DNA of 64,000 bases from Candidatus Babeliales bacterium. GTDB lineage: Bacteria; Babelota; Babeliae; Babelales; JANWKD01. The stretch covers positions 896,001 to 960,000 of the forward strand of contig CAVRJM010000001.1 in NCBI GenBank assembly GCA_963722075.1. Direction: 5' to 3'. The notes under the pieces are model-generated. The model was not told where the DNA came from, ran no database searches, and saw only the letters and a list, made by a program, of their open reading frames with translations. This document shows, piece by piece, positions 32,133 to 42,278 of this stretch (its first letter is position 1; each line of letters starts with the position of its first letter). A program made the position numbers and the translations under genes.

Positions 32133-33401
32133 ATGTCTATGAAATATAATTATTCTCTTCTTGCTTTATTTGTATTTATTTTTTTTACGGCTCAATCACT
32201 TTTTGCAGCAAATCCAACATTTTTTGTATTAGAAACACAATTAAACCGACTAGCTCAGGAATTAACTGCTTTACAAAACACCTTGATGCCTCAACAAAAA
32301 TATACACAAACTGAAGCATTACTCAGTATTCCCGCAATTAAAAATCTGGTATATAAAAAATACCCTTATTTAAAAACAAAGCGCGGCAACAAATTTTTGA
32401 AAAAAATTCTGCGCATTGAAAAAAAATACAAAGCAACTCATTATGTTTTTTATCATGCATTCACTAAAGCATGGATGGTTCCACAGGATCTTATGTATGA
32501 ACTAACCAAAAAATTACGCCCGCTCACGTCCAAATTACCACTTTTTCGTTTCTTACGCTGGCAAGATTTTGAACGAATCACCGCTGCCGATTTTTTAATG
32601 AAGGAAATTAGTTCTGAGGGGCTAATTAATGATAATGATCCTAAGCACCGCGCATCATTACTTTCAGTAAATTTAGCGCTTTTTGGCAACATAGATTTTG
32701 AAGGAGAAAGTACTTTTCACTATTTCATGAATCCTACCAGCCATGCTACGGTAAGCCCAGAAATCATTAAAGGCATTCTTGCCATCTTTGATCTGCCATT
32801 AACGCATCTTGATGAGATTCTTGAGCTTGATGAAAAATATTTATCTCCTGAAAAAAAGGCGGGCGGCAAACCAAAAGCTCAAATTTTATTACAGATCTTT
32901 GTTCCTAAAAAATTAGTAGATGACGTAGGGTATCTTTCTTGGGTGCAAGGAATTCCGTATGAAAAAGAATTAGTTGCTATGGTGGATAATATGGCACGAA
33001 CATCGCTTGCACATCAACCTGGATTTCTAACCGGAACGCAACCTATTTTAAAACAGATAAAAGATCGCTTTAAAAACGATAAAGAAAAAGACCCATTATA
33101 TGCAAAAATTATGAAACATATAAAAAAAGGTAAATTTAGACTATCAACATTTTTACAAAAATATACCAATGAACCCGCTACTATTCCAGGTATTGCTAAT
33201 ATCCAAGCACGCTTATTATTTACTGACACACTGCTCTTGAACCCCAGCAGCAATATTCTTTTTTATACACATGACTATATTCCTAGGGCAGATAAAGAAA
33301 AATATAAAAAAGAACTTAATAGTATTGTACAATCCATTGTTTTAGAAAAATTAAGTAAAAATAAGCCTTCTCAACCAAAGAAGAATGCTCCAAGTAAGTA
33401 A
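32133..33401 (+). CDS. Exported protein with N-terminal zipper tag; possible ADP-ribosyltransferase-like domain
   Basis: Signal peptide, LETQLNRLAQELTALQNTL, then VFYHAF / LLSVNL / LLQIFVP / IQARLL. The ORF is secure; the function is speculative. Confidence 0.5.
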   Translation: MSMKYNYSLLALFVFIFFTAQSLFAANPTFFVLETQLNRLAQELTALQNTLMPQQKYTQTEALLSIPAIKNLVYKKYPYLKTKRGNKFLKKILRIEKKYKATHYVFYHAFTKAWMVPQDLMYELTKKLRPLTSKLPLFRFLRWQDFERITAADFLMKEISSEGLINDNDPKHRASLLSVNLALFGNIDFEGESTFHYFMNPTSHATVSPEIIKGILAIFDLPLTHLDEILELDEKYLSPEKKAGGKPKAQILLQIFVPKKLVDDVGYLSWVQGIPYEKELVAMVDNMARTSLAHQPGFLTGTQPILKQIKDRFKNDKEKDPLYAKIMKHIKKGKFRLSTFLQKYTNEPATIPGIANIQARLLFTDTLLLNPSSNILFYTHDYIPRADKEKYKKELNSIVQSIVLEKLSKNKPSQPKKNAPSK

Positions 33402-33476
33402 TTATGATGATTAAATAGTAAGTTTAGTTGGAGCTTTTTAAACATTATAAATTTATGCACAAAGCTTAAATGGTAT

Positions 33477-33618
33477 TGGATCACCACGTTCCGTCTACGT
33501 TAATCCAGCCGTCGCTCAAAAGCTATGGCGGAGTAAACAACTTCGCCGGACAGGCGCTTGCTACTATCAGAATCCGTCGTAGCCTTAACGAAGTCAAACG
33601 CCGCTCCTCGTGACGACA
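33477..33618. repeat. Doubly nested palindromic repeat
   Basis: Outer tggatcaccacg...ctcctcgtgacgaca with inner tccg...gga units. Confidence 0.85.
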
Positions 33619-33669
33619 TCCGTCGAAAAAACCTTTTCAGTAATTAAAGCGCAAGCAATGAACTTGCGC

Positions 33670-34251
33670 TTATTTTTTTTCCATAACTTCATATTCAAAA
33701 TCAACAAACCCGTCATCTCTTCGCACTTCCTTAAATCCATGGCGTAAATATAATTTTATTGCTGCAGAATTGCTCGTACGGGTCGTTAAATCTATTTTAC
33801 TGCTACCACGTTTTATCAAATCTTGAACTGCATAATCTAATAATTTATCAGACCATCCTTTAGAGCGAAATTCAGGATTTACATAAATAAATCTAATATG
33901 CCCGTGATAAAACTTTTTTTGCATATAAATGACAAAACCGACCGGTTTATCATCTTCATAAGCAACTTTTATGGTAAAATTTCCTTTATGGCTGGGCCGT
34001 TTTGAGGATGCGCGGTTGGCAAGCATATACGCAACGTCATAATCGTTCCCCTCAATGAGCCAATACCAATCGCGTTGAAAGCTTTCTATAATAAAGGGCG
34101 TATCACGTATTTCAACAAAATCGATAATTCCTGATCGAGCGTGATAAAAATAGCGATATCCATAAAATCCGCCTACGGCAGCTCCAATAAGAATCGCGCC
34201 TATTATTATTTTTTTTATAATATTGTTTCTTTTTGACATAAAATAGCTCAA
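33670..34251 (-). CDS. GNAT (RimI-like) N-acetyltransferase with an N-terminal membrane anchor
   Basis: YVNPEFRSKG, NSAAIKLYLRHGF; basic N-terminus followed by a TM helix. Confidence 0.8.
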   Translation of the reverse strand: MSYFMSKRNNIIKKIIIGAILIGAAVGGFYGYRYFYHARSGIIDFVEIRDTPFIIESFQRDWYWLIEGNDYDVAYMLANRASSKRPSHKGNFTIKVAYEDDKPVGFVIYMQKKFYHGHIRFIYVNPEFRSKGWSDKLLDYAVQDLIKRGSSKIDLTTRTSNSAAIKLYLRHGFKEVRRDDGFVDFEYEVMEKK

Positions 34252-34348
34252 TTAATAATATTGATTTATTACAGTATTTAATCAAATTTTTTCTATTCTA
34301 CAATTATATACAAGTATATCAAAAAAATTATATTCGACGTAAGTTATT

Positions 34349-35110
34349 TTATTTTTTAAACCATGGGATAAGCATACTGGTATGTTTTTTATATTCTTGA
34401 TATTGTGCATTATGTTCAAATACACGCTCAAGCAGGGGAACCCCAGTAAAAAAGCGCAATAATATAGTAATAGTTACCGGTGCAATAATAGCAAGATATC
34501 CATACGGAACCGATAGCGCTATACAAAAAATGCCCCACCACATCGTAATTTCACCAAAATAATTGGGGTGGCGAGAATAGTACCATAAGCCTTCTTGCAT
34601 AATCTTCCCTTTGCTTTCTGACTTATGCAAAAAAAGATACAGTTGATAATCAGCAATTGATTCACAATAAAATCCGATCACCCATATTAAAAATCCTACT
34701 AAATCGAGCATATTCAACCAAGTAGCAACTGGACTGTTATTAACAGCAATAGAAGGTGTTGACATAATTAACAGCATTACCCCATTCATAATAAAAATCC
34801 ACCAAAAGCTAATCAATAATGCATACTTGCCCCATTGCTTTTGCCATTCAATAAAGCGCGGATCCGCTCCTTTTTTGTAGCGCATATATACATATACAAT
34901 TAAACGCGTAGCCCACAAAAAAATAAGCGTGGTAATAAGCAAAGATCGTGGCGTATGGAATCCATAATAATAGGTATAAAGCGTTACTAATAACACACCG
35001 CCGCCCCAGGTAAAATTACCAATACTATTATCTTTTTTAACTTGCACGGTAACGAACATGGTTGTTAAATAAACACTAATTAATATAATGCCGCCTATAA
35101 TTTCATTCAT
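34349..35110 (-). CDS. DUF1295 membrane protein (steroid 5-alpha-reductase/ICMT-like fold)
   Basis: DPRF, ESIADYQL, GLWYYSRHPNYFGE, GVPLLE, LIPW. Confidence 0.85.
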   Translation of the reverse strand: MNEIIGGIILISVYLTTMFVTVQVKKDNSIGNFTWGGGVLLVTLYTYYYGFHTPRSLLITTLIFLWATRLIVYVYMRYKKGADPRFIEWQKQWGKYALLISFWWIFIMNGVMLLIMSTPSIAVNNSPVATWLNMLDLVGFLIWVIGFYCESIADYQLYLFLHKSESKGKIMQEGLWYYSRHPNYFGEITMWWGIFCIALSVPYGYLAIIAPVTITILLRFFTGVPLLERVFEHNAQYQEYKKHTSMLIPWFKK

Positions 35111-35286
35111 AGTTATATCCTTTTTATTAATAGTAATAATCTTAGTTAGTATAATCATTCATATAGTTAAAAAAAAAGATACTTGCCAAATAATTATTGA
35201 CAGGAAATATTTAAAAAATGGTAATATGTAATAAGAAACGTATTAATGTAAATTAAATTTTATTTTTGATGATGCTCCGGCAAAGA

Positions 35287-35423
35287 TGTCATCCCGAGCG
35301 TAGCGTGGGGATCCATTAATAAAATGAAAATACCTCATTAATGGATTGCTTCGACGAGCTCGCAATGACAGCCTCAATTTTTTGCTGCTTATTCCTTGTC
35401 ATTCCGAATGCAATGTGGGGATT
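35287..35423. repeat. Inverted pair plus a degenerate third YGTC palindrome
   Basis: tgtcatcccgagcgtagcgtggggatcca; tggattgcttcgacgagctcgcaatgaca; tgtcattccgaatg...gggatt. Confidence 0.85.
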
Positions 35424-35467
35424 ATGTTAATTCGGGAAAAATATTTAATTTATTAGAGGAAGATTAT

Positions 35468-36955
35468 ATGAAAAGATTTTTATTATTATTATTTTTTTTC
35501 TCATGTTATTTACAGGCGCAACTTAAAGATGAGTTAATGGCATTACAAAACAAACTTATCGAACTTAATTCAGCGCTCACCGCAGTAAAACCCGTTAAGC
35601 AAAAGACCCCTTTAGAACTAGTAACGGATATAGAACTTGGCTTACTTGCTGATTTTTCTAAATTAGTAAATGCTTCTAACCAATTTAAGTTAAAAAAAAG
35701 CTTCCCTACCATTAATAATTTAATTTCTGTAATTGCGCAAAATGATAAAGACAAGCAAAAACAAATAGCATTGGATGCTAATTCTACTTACCCTATTATG
35801 CATCGTGACGTGCTTACGCTCATCGATAATTTTTTAGATGATAAAAGAAAATTTGGTACCCCCATTGAAAAAAATCTGTATAAAAATATGGATCGTAATG
35901 CTTTAATTAATCGACTTCTTACCAAACGTCCACTTATGTTTATGACCGCGCAAGATCAATATCTTTTGCGCGATGGAATAACAGAAGGATACGGCGGCTT
36001 TGATGAAATTGGTAGACAAAATGAAAAATCACCCTTCATCCTTAAGGATTATATTTCTTATAGTGAAATGCAAATTGCTGCCTTATTAGGCGTGAGCGTT
36101 CCTACCTATTTTATTAATGATGGCGATCGCAGCAATAAAGGAATACCAGGAAAACCAGGAACTTATGAACCACATGGCATCTATGCAGGCCTGGTTGGCG
36201 CACGCTTTGAACGTCCGAATTTGATGGAATGGCAACAAATAATAATTACCCCTGAGCAAAATAGTGCTCAATATGGTTATGGATTAACAAATAAAACCCC
36301 ACTCGCACTAGGGCGATGGGAAAAACTATATGGTCTTAAATTTCCTACGTATCAAGAAGCAGTCAGTGATATATCAGGTCGATTTATTCCAATTAAGGAA
36401 GGCTTTTTTGATAAAGATGCTTATATAAAACGAATCGAATTAGTTATAGAACCATTTTTATTAGATGCCCAGAAGCGCGGCTCACAAGCCTATAAAAAAG
36501 TATATATCCGCGTTGTAGGATTAGGTTTAGGGGTATGGAAAATAATAGATGAGCAAGAACAATTTATGCTTGAAGCATATAGAAACATATTAAACCGACA
36601 TAATTTATCAGAAATTTCAGATATCGATTTCATATTTTTTAGCAAATATGCTTCTTTAGGAGGAATAACTGCTGAAACTGATAATGATATATATAAAAGC
36701 CCGTATAATTCGATAAGAATTCATTTTACCGAAAATAAGCCAGCAACGCCATTAAAAGGGCCTCATGCTGGCAAATTATTATATTGTAATTATGCATGGG
36801 ATGGCAATTCATATCCGGGCAATGAATATTGGGCTGGAATGTTAGCTGCTTCAGGAGATCCCGCAGCTGCTTGTTGTTCTACCATTCCTGAATTACAAAA
36901 TCCTGAAATCAACCATAATGTTTCAGCAATATATATGCGCACATACCCGCAATAA
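35468..36955 (+). CDS. Exported DUF4804/MavL-like macrodomain protein (putative ADP-ribosyl hydrolase) with N-terminal zipper tag
   Basis: RBS gagga before ATG 35468. Motifs recalled from DUF4804: KRPLMF, GARFER, GLGLGVW, YAWDGNSYPGNEYW, SGDPAAACCS, ELQNP. Confidence 0.72.
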   Translation: MKRFLLLLFFFSCYLQAQLKDELMALQNKLIELNSALTAVKPVKQKTPLELVTDIELGLLADFSKLVNASNQFKLKKSFPTINNLISVIAQNDKDKQKQIALDANSTYPIMHRDVLTLIDNFLDDKRKFGTPIEKNLYKNMDRNALINRLLTKRPLMFMTAQDQYLLRDGITEGYGGFDEIGRQNEKSPFILKDYISYSEMQIAALLGVSVPTYFINDGDRSNKGIPGKPGTYEPHGIYAGLVGARFERPNLMEWQQIIITPEQNSAQYGYGLTNKTPLALGRWEKLYGLKFPTYQEAVSDISGRFIPIKEGFFDKDAYIKRIELVIEPFLLDAQKRGSQAYKKVYIRVVGLGLGVWKIIDEQEQFMLEAYRNILNRHNLSEISDIDFIFFSKYASLGGITAETDNDIYKSPYNSIRIHFTENKPATPLKGPHAGKLLYCNYAWDGNSYPGNEYWAGMLAASGDPAAACCSTIPELQNPEINHNVSAIYMRTYPQ

Positions 36956-37047
36956 ACAGTAGAACTACCGTATATTTTCATTGATTTTCAGCCACTATAA
37001 TAGGTATACTATAATTATAGGAAAATCTTTCTAAATGGAGCGTTTTC

Positions 37048-38133
37048 ATGGGTGTATGTAATAACATTCAAAAAATATCTTTTTTATTCATATTTTTACT
37101 GCAATTTTCAACTATTTGGGCTATGCAAGAACCAACAACAAGCGTTAAGCCTCCTCCGACTCCCTTGCACTATCAACCGATTCCATTACGGTATCAACTA
37201 GCCTATTCCTTAGCAAAAGAGGTACTTAATAAGGAAAAACCAATTAGTTATCTTAGAAAGTTATCTCCTGATTTAATACAATTTACCTTCTTACTTATCA
37301 ATAGTAACTTAGACCTCGAGAAGGCATTCCAAAATGCAATCGAAAAACCAAAAATTTTTACTTATTATGATATAAAAAACTTACTTGATGCTGGTGCTAA
37401 TAAATATCTTAATACCAGTACATATCCATTAAAGAAAGCTATAGAATCAGACAATCATTGGTTATTTGATCTACTACTTAGTTATGGAGCACCAGTAAAT
37501 TTAAAAGACCAATATGGTAGAACTCCACTCATGCTTGCTGTTATTTGGGACCGGCCTGATTTTGTTAAAACGTTATTAGAAGCAGGTGCCGACCCTAACA
37601 TCTTAACCAATGCACATGTTTCACCACTTATAATTGCAGCAGAAAGGGGAGATCCTGAAATCGTCTCCTTATTATTAAAAAGTGATGCTGATGTTACTAT
37701 CATAGGTGGAGTAGGTCTACCAAAAAAAACAGCCTTATCAGAAGCAGTAAAATATAACAATGTTGCAATTGTTAATCTGTTGCTTCAATATAAGGCAGAT
37801 CCCAACCTGGAAATTCGTTCTACTTATAGTATTCCACTTATTCAGATTGCTGCTCAAAATGGATTTAACGATGTATTAGTCGCATTACTTAATGCTGGCG
37901 CTAATATTAATAGCTCAGAGCGAAATAATAATACAACAGCACTTATCCAAGCAGTACAAGCAAAAAAAATAGACACGGTACAATTATTACTTGAGTATGG
38001 TGCAGATAAAACACAACGTGATAAGGCCGGAAAAACTGCACTTGATTATGCATTTGCCAACCGTGATTCAGAGATTATTAAATTATTAGCACATAAAGAA
38101 TTAGCAGGTATGCCTGAATTAGTTGAAGGATAA
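37048..38133 (+). CDS. Exported ankyrin-repeat protein
   Basis: Signal peptide ending TIWA-MQE; repeated GRTPLMLA/LLEAGADPN units. Confidence 0.9.
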   Translation: MGVCNNIQKISFLFIFLLQFSTIWAMQEPTTSVKPPPTPLHYQPIPLRYQLAYSLAKEVLNKEKPISYLRKLSPDLIQFTFLLINSNLDLEKAFQNAIEKPKIFTYYDIKNLLDAGANKYLNTSTYPLKKAIESDNHWLFDLLLSYGAPVNLKDQYGRTPLMLAVIWDRPDFVKTLLEAGADPNILTNAHVSPLIIAAERGDPEIVSLLLKSDADVTIIGGVGLPKKTALSEAVKYNNVAIVNLLLQYKADPNLEIRSTYSIPLIQIAAQNGFNDVLVALLNAGANINSSERNNNTTALIQAVQAKKIDTVQLLLEYGADKTQRDKAGKTALDYAFANRDSEIIKLLAHKELAGMPELVEG

Positions 38134-38156
38134 TAAAATTATAAAGAGGTTAAGTA

Positions 38157-39254
38157 ATGGTATCAAATAACATGAGAAAAATATTTTTTCTATTACTACT
38201 TACCGCTTCTTTTTCTGTATCTGCAATGGAAAGTTCAGAAGCTAATAAAGAACCCGCAATAGCAACGCAGCGCAATCAATTAAAAAAAATAGCAATGCGC
38301 CGTAAAGCATATACTTTAGCTAAAGATATTTTAGACAATAAAAAATCTTATGATGATTTAAATACAGTGCCCCAAGAATTACATAATTATACAAAACTAT
38401 TAGTTGAAGCTCATTTAAATTTCGATAAAGCATTACAAAAAGCAATAAAGCATATTAATCGTTACTCTCGTGATGACATAAAAAATTTAATAGAAACGGG
38501 AGCTAATGAATATATTAAGACTAGTCCATATCCATTAATTTCTGCTATAGAATTAGGTATTTTAGGTAATTATTGGCTATTTGATCTTCTACTGGCCCAT
38601 GGAGCATCAGTAAATCTACAAGATAAAGATGGCAGAACTCCACTCTATCATGCTGTTTTATTACAACAACCATATTTTGTTAGAGCACTATTAAAGGCAG
38701 GAGCTGACCCTAATATCTTAAATAGACAAAATTTCTCACCATTAATAGTGGCATCAGGATTTGGAAATAGAAAAATAGCTTCCCTCTTATTAAAATATGG
38801 TGCCAAGGTAGCTATTAAGGGGGGAAATCAGAAACAAACAGCTTTATCGCAATCAGTACAAAATAATCGCGTTGCAGTCGTTAAATTATTGCTTGATTGC
38901 TGTGCAGATCCAAATGAAGAAATACCGTCTACTGATCCAACTTATACTATTCCGCTTATTCAAGTTGCTGCTCAATATGGATTTAACGATATAATAGTGG
39001 CATTACTTCAAGCAAATGCAAATATTAACCTATTAGGTCATGGAAATTATACTACAGCGCTCATACGAGCAGTACGAGCAAAAAAGATAGATACGGTAAA
39101 ATTATTACTTGAACGCCACGCCGATAAAACAATACGAAACAAAGTAGGAAAAACTGCGCTTGATTATGCAATTGACAACCGTGATCCAGAAATGATTAAT
39201 TTATTAGCATCAGCAGAATTAGCAAGTATGCCCGAATTAGTAGAAGCGCCTTAA
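38157..39254 (+). CDS. Exported ankyrin-repeat protein, tandem paralog of 37048
   Basis: Signal peptide ending SVSA-MES; colinear ankyrin repeats. Confidence 0.9.
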   Translation: MVSNNMRKIFFLLLLTASFSVSAMESSEANKEPAIATQRNQLKKIAMRRKAYTLAKDILDNKKSYDDLNTVPQELHNYTKLLVEAHLNFDKALQKAIKHINRYSRDDIKNLIETGANEYIKTSPYPLISAIELGILGNYWLFDLLLAHGASVNLQDKDGRTPLYHAVLLQQPYFVRALLKAGADPNILNRQNFSPLIVASGFGNRKIASLLLKYGAKVAIKGGNQKQTALSQSVQNNRVAVVKLLLDCCADPNEEIPSTDPTYTIPLIQVAAQYGFNDIIVALLQANANINLLGHGNYTTALIRAVRAKKIDTVKLLLERHADKTIRNKVGKTALDYAIDNRDPEMINLLASAELASMPELVEAP

Positions 39255-40000
39255 TTTTTATAAACAACATCGTATAATAACAATCCTTGTGCCGGAGCCG
39301 TATATAATTGCTGATGAGGATTCTTCTGCGCCAGAACATCACGCAAAAAAAATGGATCCATTTTTTTCTGTGTGATATAAAAACAAGCGCCAATAATACG
39401 CCGAATCATATAACGCAAAAAACTATTTCCGGTAACAACAACACGGTAGGCATTAAATTGCGGATTAAAATCAAGTTCAATATTCTTAATAGTTCGAACC
39501 GTGTTACTTTTATCATTTCCAGAGCAAAATGATCTAAAATCGTGAGTACCTACAAAAAGCTGTAACGCTTGTTTAAAAACAGCTTCATCAAAAAAATCCG
39601 TATAATAATAACCATAAGGTGCATGCCAAGGAACTGGTTGTTCTAAAAAGAAATGATACCAATAGGTTTTTTGCGATATTACAAAGCGCGGATGAAAAGA
39701 ATCGGGAACTTCCTCACATGAACGAATCACAATCGCACTTGGTAAGCTCCGTTGCAATGCCCATCGTAATTTTTGGGGTGATATAGCTATATCAGTACTT
39801 AAGCAGGCAACTTGGCCATAAGCATGTACACCAGCATCGGTACGTGAAGCTGCCGTTAATTTTATTGATTTATTAAAGACACGGGCAAATGTTTTTTCAA
39901 TAACATTTGCCACTGATTTTGTCTGTTGTTGCGCTTGCCACCCAGCATAATGAGTGCCATCATACGCAACTACTAATTTATATTTCTTATTTGCGGACAT
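39251..40000 (-). CDS. truA: tRNA pseudouridine(38-40) synthase
   Basis: AYDGTHYAGWQ, SRTDAGVHA, GTHDFRSF, FLRYMIR, TAPAQGL. Confidence 0.95.
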   Translation of the reverse strand: MSANKKYKLVVAYDGTHYAGWQAQQQTKSVANVIEKTFARVFNKSIKLTAASRTDAGVHAYGQVACLSTDIAISPQKLRWALQRSLPSAIVIRSCEEVPDSFHPRFVISQKTYWYHFFLEQPVPWHAPYGYYYTDFFDEAVFKQALQLFVGTHDFRSFCSGNDKSNTVRTIKNIELDFNPQFNAYRVVVTGNSFLRYMIRRIIGACFYITQKKMDPFFLRDVLAQKNPHQQLYTAPAQGLLLYDVVYKN

Positions 40001-41783
40001 TTGCTTTAAGAATTTTTTTTCTTAAACGAACGGAGTTCGGCGTAACTTCAATAAGTTCATCAGGCATAATCCATTCCATGCATGCTTCCAGTTCCATAAC
40101 TTTTGGCGGTGTTAATTTAATCATATCATCAGAACCTGAAGCACGCATATTGGTTAACTTTTTTTGTTTACACGGATTTACATCCATATCGCCTTCACGG
40201 CTATTTTCACCAATAATCATTCCTTCATAAATATTTTCACCAGGCCCGATAAAAAGTGTTCCCCGTGATTGTAAATTATCAAGCGCAAAGCCAGTAGAAG
40301 ATCCATTTTCCATAGAAACTAAAGCACCTTTACTACGTGTTGGGATATCCCCCTTATATGGCTGGTATCCTAAGAAGGTAAAGTTGGCAAGCCCGGTACC
40401 ACGTGTATCGGTTAAAAATTGGCTTCTAAATCCAAGTAACCCACGTGAGGGGACTTCAAATTCAAGCCGCATTCTACCATTTTCATAATGATGAATATTT
40501 TTCATTTCAGCTTTTTTCTTACCAAGTTTTTCCATAATAACACCTTGGTGTTCTTCCTGAATATCTACAACCAAATATTCAATGGGTTCACATTTAACCC
40601 CATTAATGGTTTTATAAATAACTTCAGGAGCAGAAAGCTGTAGTTCAAATCCTTCACGGCGCATATTTTCTACTAAAATACCTAAGTGCAATTGCCCACG
40701 GCCAGACACTTTAAACTTTTCAGGAGATTCAGTTGGGTCAACACGCAATGCTACGTTTGTTTTTAATTCTTTTTCTAAACGATCTTTTATTTGACGTGAT
40801 GTTAATAATTTACCGTCACGCCCACTAAATGGCGAATCGTTAACTGAGAAATATATTGAAAGGGTTGGTTCATCAATTGCTACATATGGATACGGATCTG
40901 GTTTACCAACTTCGCAAATCGTAGTACCTATGGTAACTGGTTCAGTAAAACCGGTCATGGCAATAATATCACCAAATTCTACTTTTGGCGTTTCAATTTT
41001 TTGTAATCCTTGGAAGGTATATAATTTAGTTACTTTCATTGGCTTGCTGATCACGTCATCTTTACAACAAATAAATTGTTGCCCATTCTCAAGCGATCCG
41101 CTAAACACTCTTCCAATAGCAATAGAACCAAGAAAATCTGAATGATCTAAACTGGTCACTAAAATTTGTAAATGATCTTTTTTAGATTCAGGAGCAGGAA
41201 TTGTATCAATAATCGCCTTAAATAATGGCGTCATATCCCCTGACATTTGATTTGGGTTATCGTTAGCAAACCCTAATTTTGAAGAACCATATAAAATAGG
41301 AAATTCTAACTGATTCTCATTTTGCGCTAAATCAAGAAACAAATCATGAATGAGAGATTCTGTTTTAGCAATTTCAGCATCTTTTCGATCAATTTTATTA
41401 ATTAAAACGATGGGTTTTAAATTAAGCTCTAATGCTTTTTTGAGTACAAATCGAGTTCCTGGTAATACCCCTTCAGCAGCATCTACTAATAATAAGAAGC
41501 CTTCTACCATCTGTAAGGTACGCTCAACTTCTCCCCCAAAATCACTATGCCCTGGGGTATCCACAATATTAATCGTATAATCACCATAGGTAATACCAGT
41601 ATTCTTTGCCAAAATGGTAATACCGCGTTCTTTTTCTAAATCATTAGAATCCATAATGCGGTCAGTAGCATCATTTACCAAAGTCCCCGATTGGCGCAAT
41701 AACTTATCAACCAAGGTGGTTTTACCATGGTCAACATGGGCAATAATAGCAATATTACGAACGTGATTTCTTATTTTCATCAT
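39987..41783 (-). CDS. typA: Translational GTPase TypA/BipA
   Basis: [49 protein letters not shown]. Confidence 0.96.
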   Translation of the reverse strand: MMKIRNHVRNIAIIAHVDHGKTTLVDKLLRQSGTLVNDATDRIMDSNDLEKERGITILAKNTGITYGDYTINIVDTPGHSDFGGEVERTLQMVEGFLLLVDAAEGVLPGTRFVLKKALELNLKPIVLINKIDRKDAEIAKTESLIHDLFLDLAQNENQLEFPILYGSSKLGFANDNPNQMSGDMTPLFKAIIDTIPAPESKKDHLQILVTSLDHSDFLGSIAIGRVFSGSLENGQQFICCKDDVISKPMKVTKLYTFQGLQKIETPKVEFGDIIAMTGFTEPVTIGTTICEVGKPDPYPYVAIDEPTLSIYFSVNDSPFSGRDGKLLTSRQIKDRLEKELKTNVALRVDPTESPEKFKVSGRGQLHLGILVENMRREGFELQLSAPEVIYKTINGVKCEPIEYLVVDIQEEHQGVIMEKLGKKKAEMKNIHHYENGRMRLEFEVPSRGLLGFRSQFLTDTRGTGLANFTFLGYQPYKGDIPTRSKGALVSMENGSSTGFALDNLQSRGTLFIGPGENIYEGMIIGENSREGDMDVNPCKQKKLTNMRASGSDDMIKLTPPKVMELEACMEWIMPDELIEVTPNSVRLRKKILKANVRK

Positions 41784-41824
41784 TAAAATACCTATGTAAG
41801 GTTAATTATCTCTATTTATTTCTA

Positions 41825-41852
41825 ATTGTAAAGATTTTTTAGGAAAAGTCTA
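41825..41852 (-). promoter_or_regulatory. Putative sigma70 promoter of typA
   Basis: TAGACT-N16-TACAAT on the minus strand. Confidence 0.45.
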
Positions 41853-41976
41853 GCTTTTATTTAAAAACAGTTTTATGGGGGATTACTCAGGTATTTAGCG
41901 CAGTATTTGGCAGTTCTTACTGCAAGCCCAGGCCCTCAAAGCAGTTTTGGCCCAGATCTAACCCGGGCCTTTATTT

Positions 41977-42270
41977 TTAATATTGTGGTGCGCAATACGG
42001 TATTAATGCCATAACGCGTGCTTTTTTAATCATATGAGCAACAATACGTTGATGCCGATTGCAAGCCCCAGAAATGCGAGCTGGTAAAATTTTACCACGC
42101 TCCGTTAAAAAGTTTCTTAAAAGCGTAACATTTTTATAATCGATCAAGGCTACTTGGTCTTTATTTGCACAAAAACGACATTGTTTTGCTACCGACATAG
42201 CACTTTTACGGCGGCTTTTTTTCTTAAGTAAACGAGAGCTAACTTTTAATTTAGAAATTTTTTTTGACAT
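41977..42270 (-). CDS. rpsR: 30S ribosomal protein S18
   Basis: CRFC, IDYKN, ERGKILPARISG, HQR; basic N-terminal extension. Confidence 0.95.
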   Translation of the reverse strand: MSKKISKLKVSSRLLKKKSRRKSAMSVAKQCRFCANKDQVALIDYKNVTLLRNFLTERGKILPARISGACNRHQRIVAHMIKKARVMALIPYCAPQY

Positions 42271-42278
42271 AGTAACCC

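Noticed and set aside
35396..35467. Upstream TTG start for the DUF4804-like gene
   Set aside because: It lies within a degenerate repeat; ATG 35468 has an RBS and begins a signal peptide.
41925..41950. cagg...agcag as the SRP RNA core
   Set aside because: Only 7 unpaired nt lie between the motifs; there is no GNRA-capped stem.
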